64,000 nucleotides of DNA from Basidiobolus meristosporus CBS 931.73. Lineage: Eukaryota; Fungi; Basidiobolomycota. The stretch's first letter is position 1. Every line of letters starts with the position of its first letter. The notes below the pieces were generated by a model. It had not been told where the DNA came from. It did not search any database and saw only the letters and a list, made by a program, of their open reading frames with translations. The position numbers were made by a program, and so were the translations under genes. Shown piece after piece: positions 62,361 to 64,000 of the stretch. The stretch is from contig MCFE01000199.1 of NCBI GenBank assembly GCA_002104905.1, positions 1-64,000 of the forward strand, written 5' to 3'.

Positions 62361-64000
62361 AGCCAAAGACACTCAGACAGAGAGGACTGGTTCAATGATA
62401 AATCTATTAGTATAGATTTATTATGAAAGATTATTTCGATGATCTAGTCAAAAAACCATTGCAGAATACAAGTCCTGTGACTGAGAGGTAATGATCATGT
62501 TGGGACACTGTACAGAGACTGTTAGAAATATTTGCACCCTTGATTTCACATAAGTCCTACCCCACACTCAACAGGTAACTTCATCAAAATCTGCCACTCA
62601 ATAGGTAATTCTACTGTAATGCTCTATTTCTGTGACTCTGGTGGGAGCCCAATGGCTTTATACCACTGTTCACTTGCTGGTTCCCACATGTCCTGGTCAT
62701 TACCTGGCACTGCAAGGTCTAGCACCTCATCTGCCAGTCTTTGCAATAAATCCTTACAATATTCAAGTGTGTTTTCTTGAGCACCACTCTTGAAGAGGTG
62801 CTGCAGCCTCTTGGTCTGCCTATTAATATTCCAAAATGCCACTAAAGGCATTGTGGTAGTCTTTCAAGTTCTTGACATTGTAGCCTTGCCTGTCAGTGGG
62901 ATCTTTACTCTGTCCACAATGGAGGACATGGAGGCTGTAGTAGACAAATTACCTTTCTCTGCAAGCTCATATACTTTGCTGCAGTGTAGCTCAACTGCCT
63001 GTGCTTCCAACTCTAATGAAAACATCTGTATTCTTATTAGTAACATTTCTTGCTATGATGAGATTCAGTGTGTTCTGGGCTTACAGCATGAATTGGCAAG
63101 AACTGCAGTTTCTTTTGCATGCCTCCATGTCTCAGGCATGGGTAGACATTTTTTCCTCTACCTTTTCCTCTATCACCGCCAGGTCTTTCACTGCTACTCT
63201 GTCTGAGCTTTTCTTGTAATGAACTATGTTTTCTCCTTGAAATATTTTGCTCTGACTCATCTATTTTGGCCTGCTTGTCCCTTGCTGGAACTCTTCAGGT
63301 ATCCTGATGTTTCTTGACCACTTGTTTTGAGCTTTCAGCTGTAGTTATTATGGGCTCCTGAGAAAGCCAATGATTTTTATCACCACCAGGTCCTTCATTA
63401 CTACTGTGACTGAGTGCTTCTTGAGTGGTGCTACACTTTATCCTTGATAATGTTGTGCTGGTGCAACTCTGTTGGCCTAACTCTCCCTTGTTGGCACTCT
63501 TTTGGTTACCTGATGCCTCTTTTACACTTGTTTGGAGCTTTTGGCCCTGCTTATAACAGGCTCTTGAGGAAGCTGTTGGCTTTTAGCCATTGCTCTAGAT
63601 GTATTATCTGCTCATCCTGTTTCTGTACTATTTCCCAGCTTCTCTTGTTATTGCTTCTATCCTGTCAGCCACTGCACCAAATTGCTTCTTTAATGCTTTA
63701 GTATGAGCAGACAAAATACTTGCTAATATGTGTGGTGGCAATGTAATGACAGCCACTTACAAGTCTTTGACTGAAGGATACGTGTTTGATACAATCTCAT
63801 CTACCTGAGTGTAATGGTTAGCCTGTAGTTCTGCAGAGGTTCTTAATTGCCTACTTGAATGAGAGCCTGAGGAGTCCACATTACTACCTTTGGTGGACTC
63901 ACAGTCAACATTGCCTTTTTTGGATGTAGCCCTGCTTGTTGCACTGAATGTCAAAGCAAACTGTTGTCCAGCTGTTCTTCTGCTGCCATCAGCATTGGGG

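Noticed and set aside
1-64000. Classical ascomycete RIP as the cause of repeat decay
   Set aside because: CpA/TpG dinucleotides are abundant in the repeats; the missing dinucleotide is CpG.

Overview
Eukaryotic DNA, most likely from an early-diverging fungus (inference: 53-80 bp GT-AG introns, stand-alone spermidine synthase, fungal MFS and C2H2 families). Small CpG-containing gene islands (about 3.7-6.9, 13.1-17.3 and 24.6-35.5 kb) alternate with almost CpG-free transposon blocks. Host genes: a secreted DUF3472-like protein with a hevein/CBM18 chitin-binding module, a DHA2-type MFS transporter, two tandem secreted CAP/SCP proteins, proteasome beta-2 (PUP1), a secreted six-repeat kelch protein, an FlbC-like C2H2 factor and spermidine synthase (SPE3). 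Mobile DNA: one intact young Ty1/copia element (7330-12014; 349-bp LTRs with 3 differences, TSD CTTTG, half-tRNA PBS), solo LTRs from three families, and a nested stack of Ty3/gypsy and copia elements from 35 kb onward. A non-coding inverted-repeat family (termini GACTTGTTCC) includes a 732-bp foldback. No rRNA, tRNA or CRISPR array was found. All domain calls come from motif recognition by eye and all counts are manual; no database search was run.
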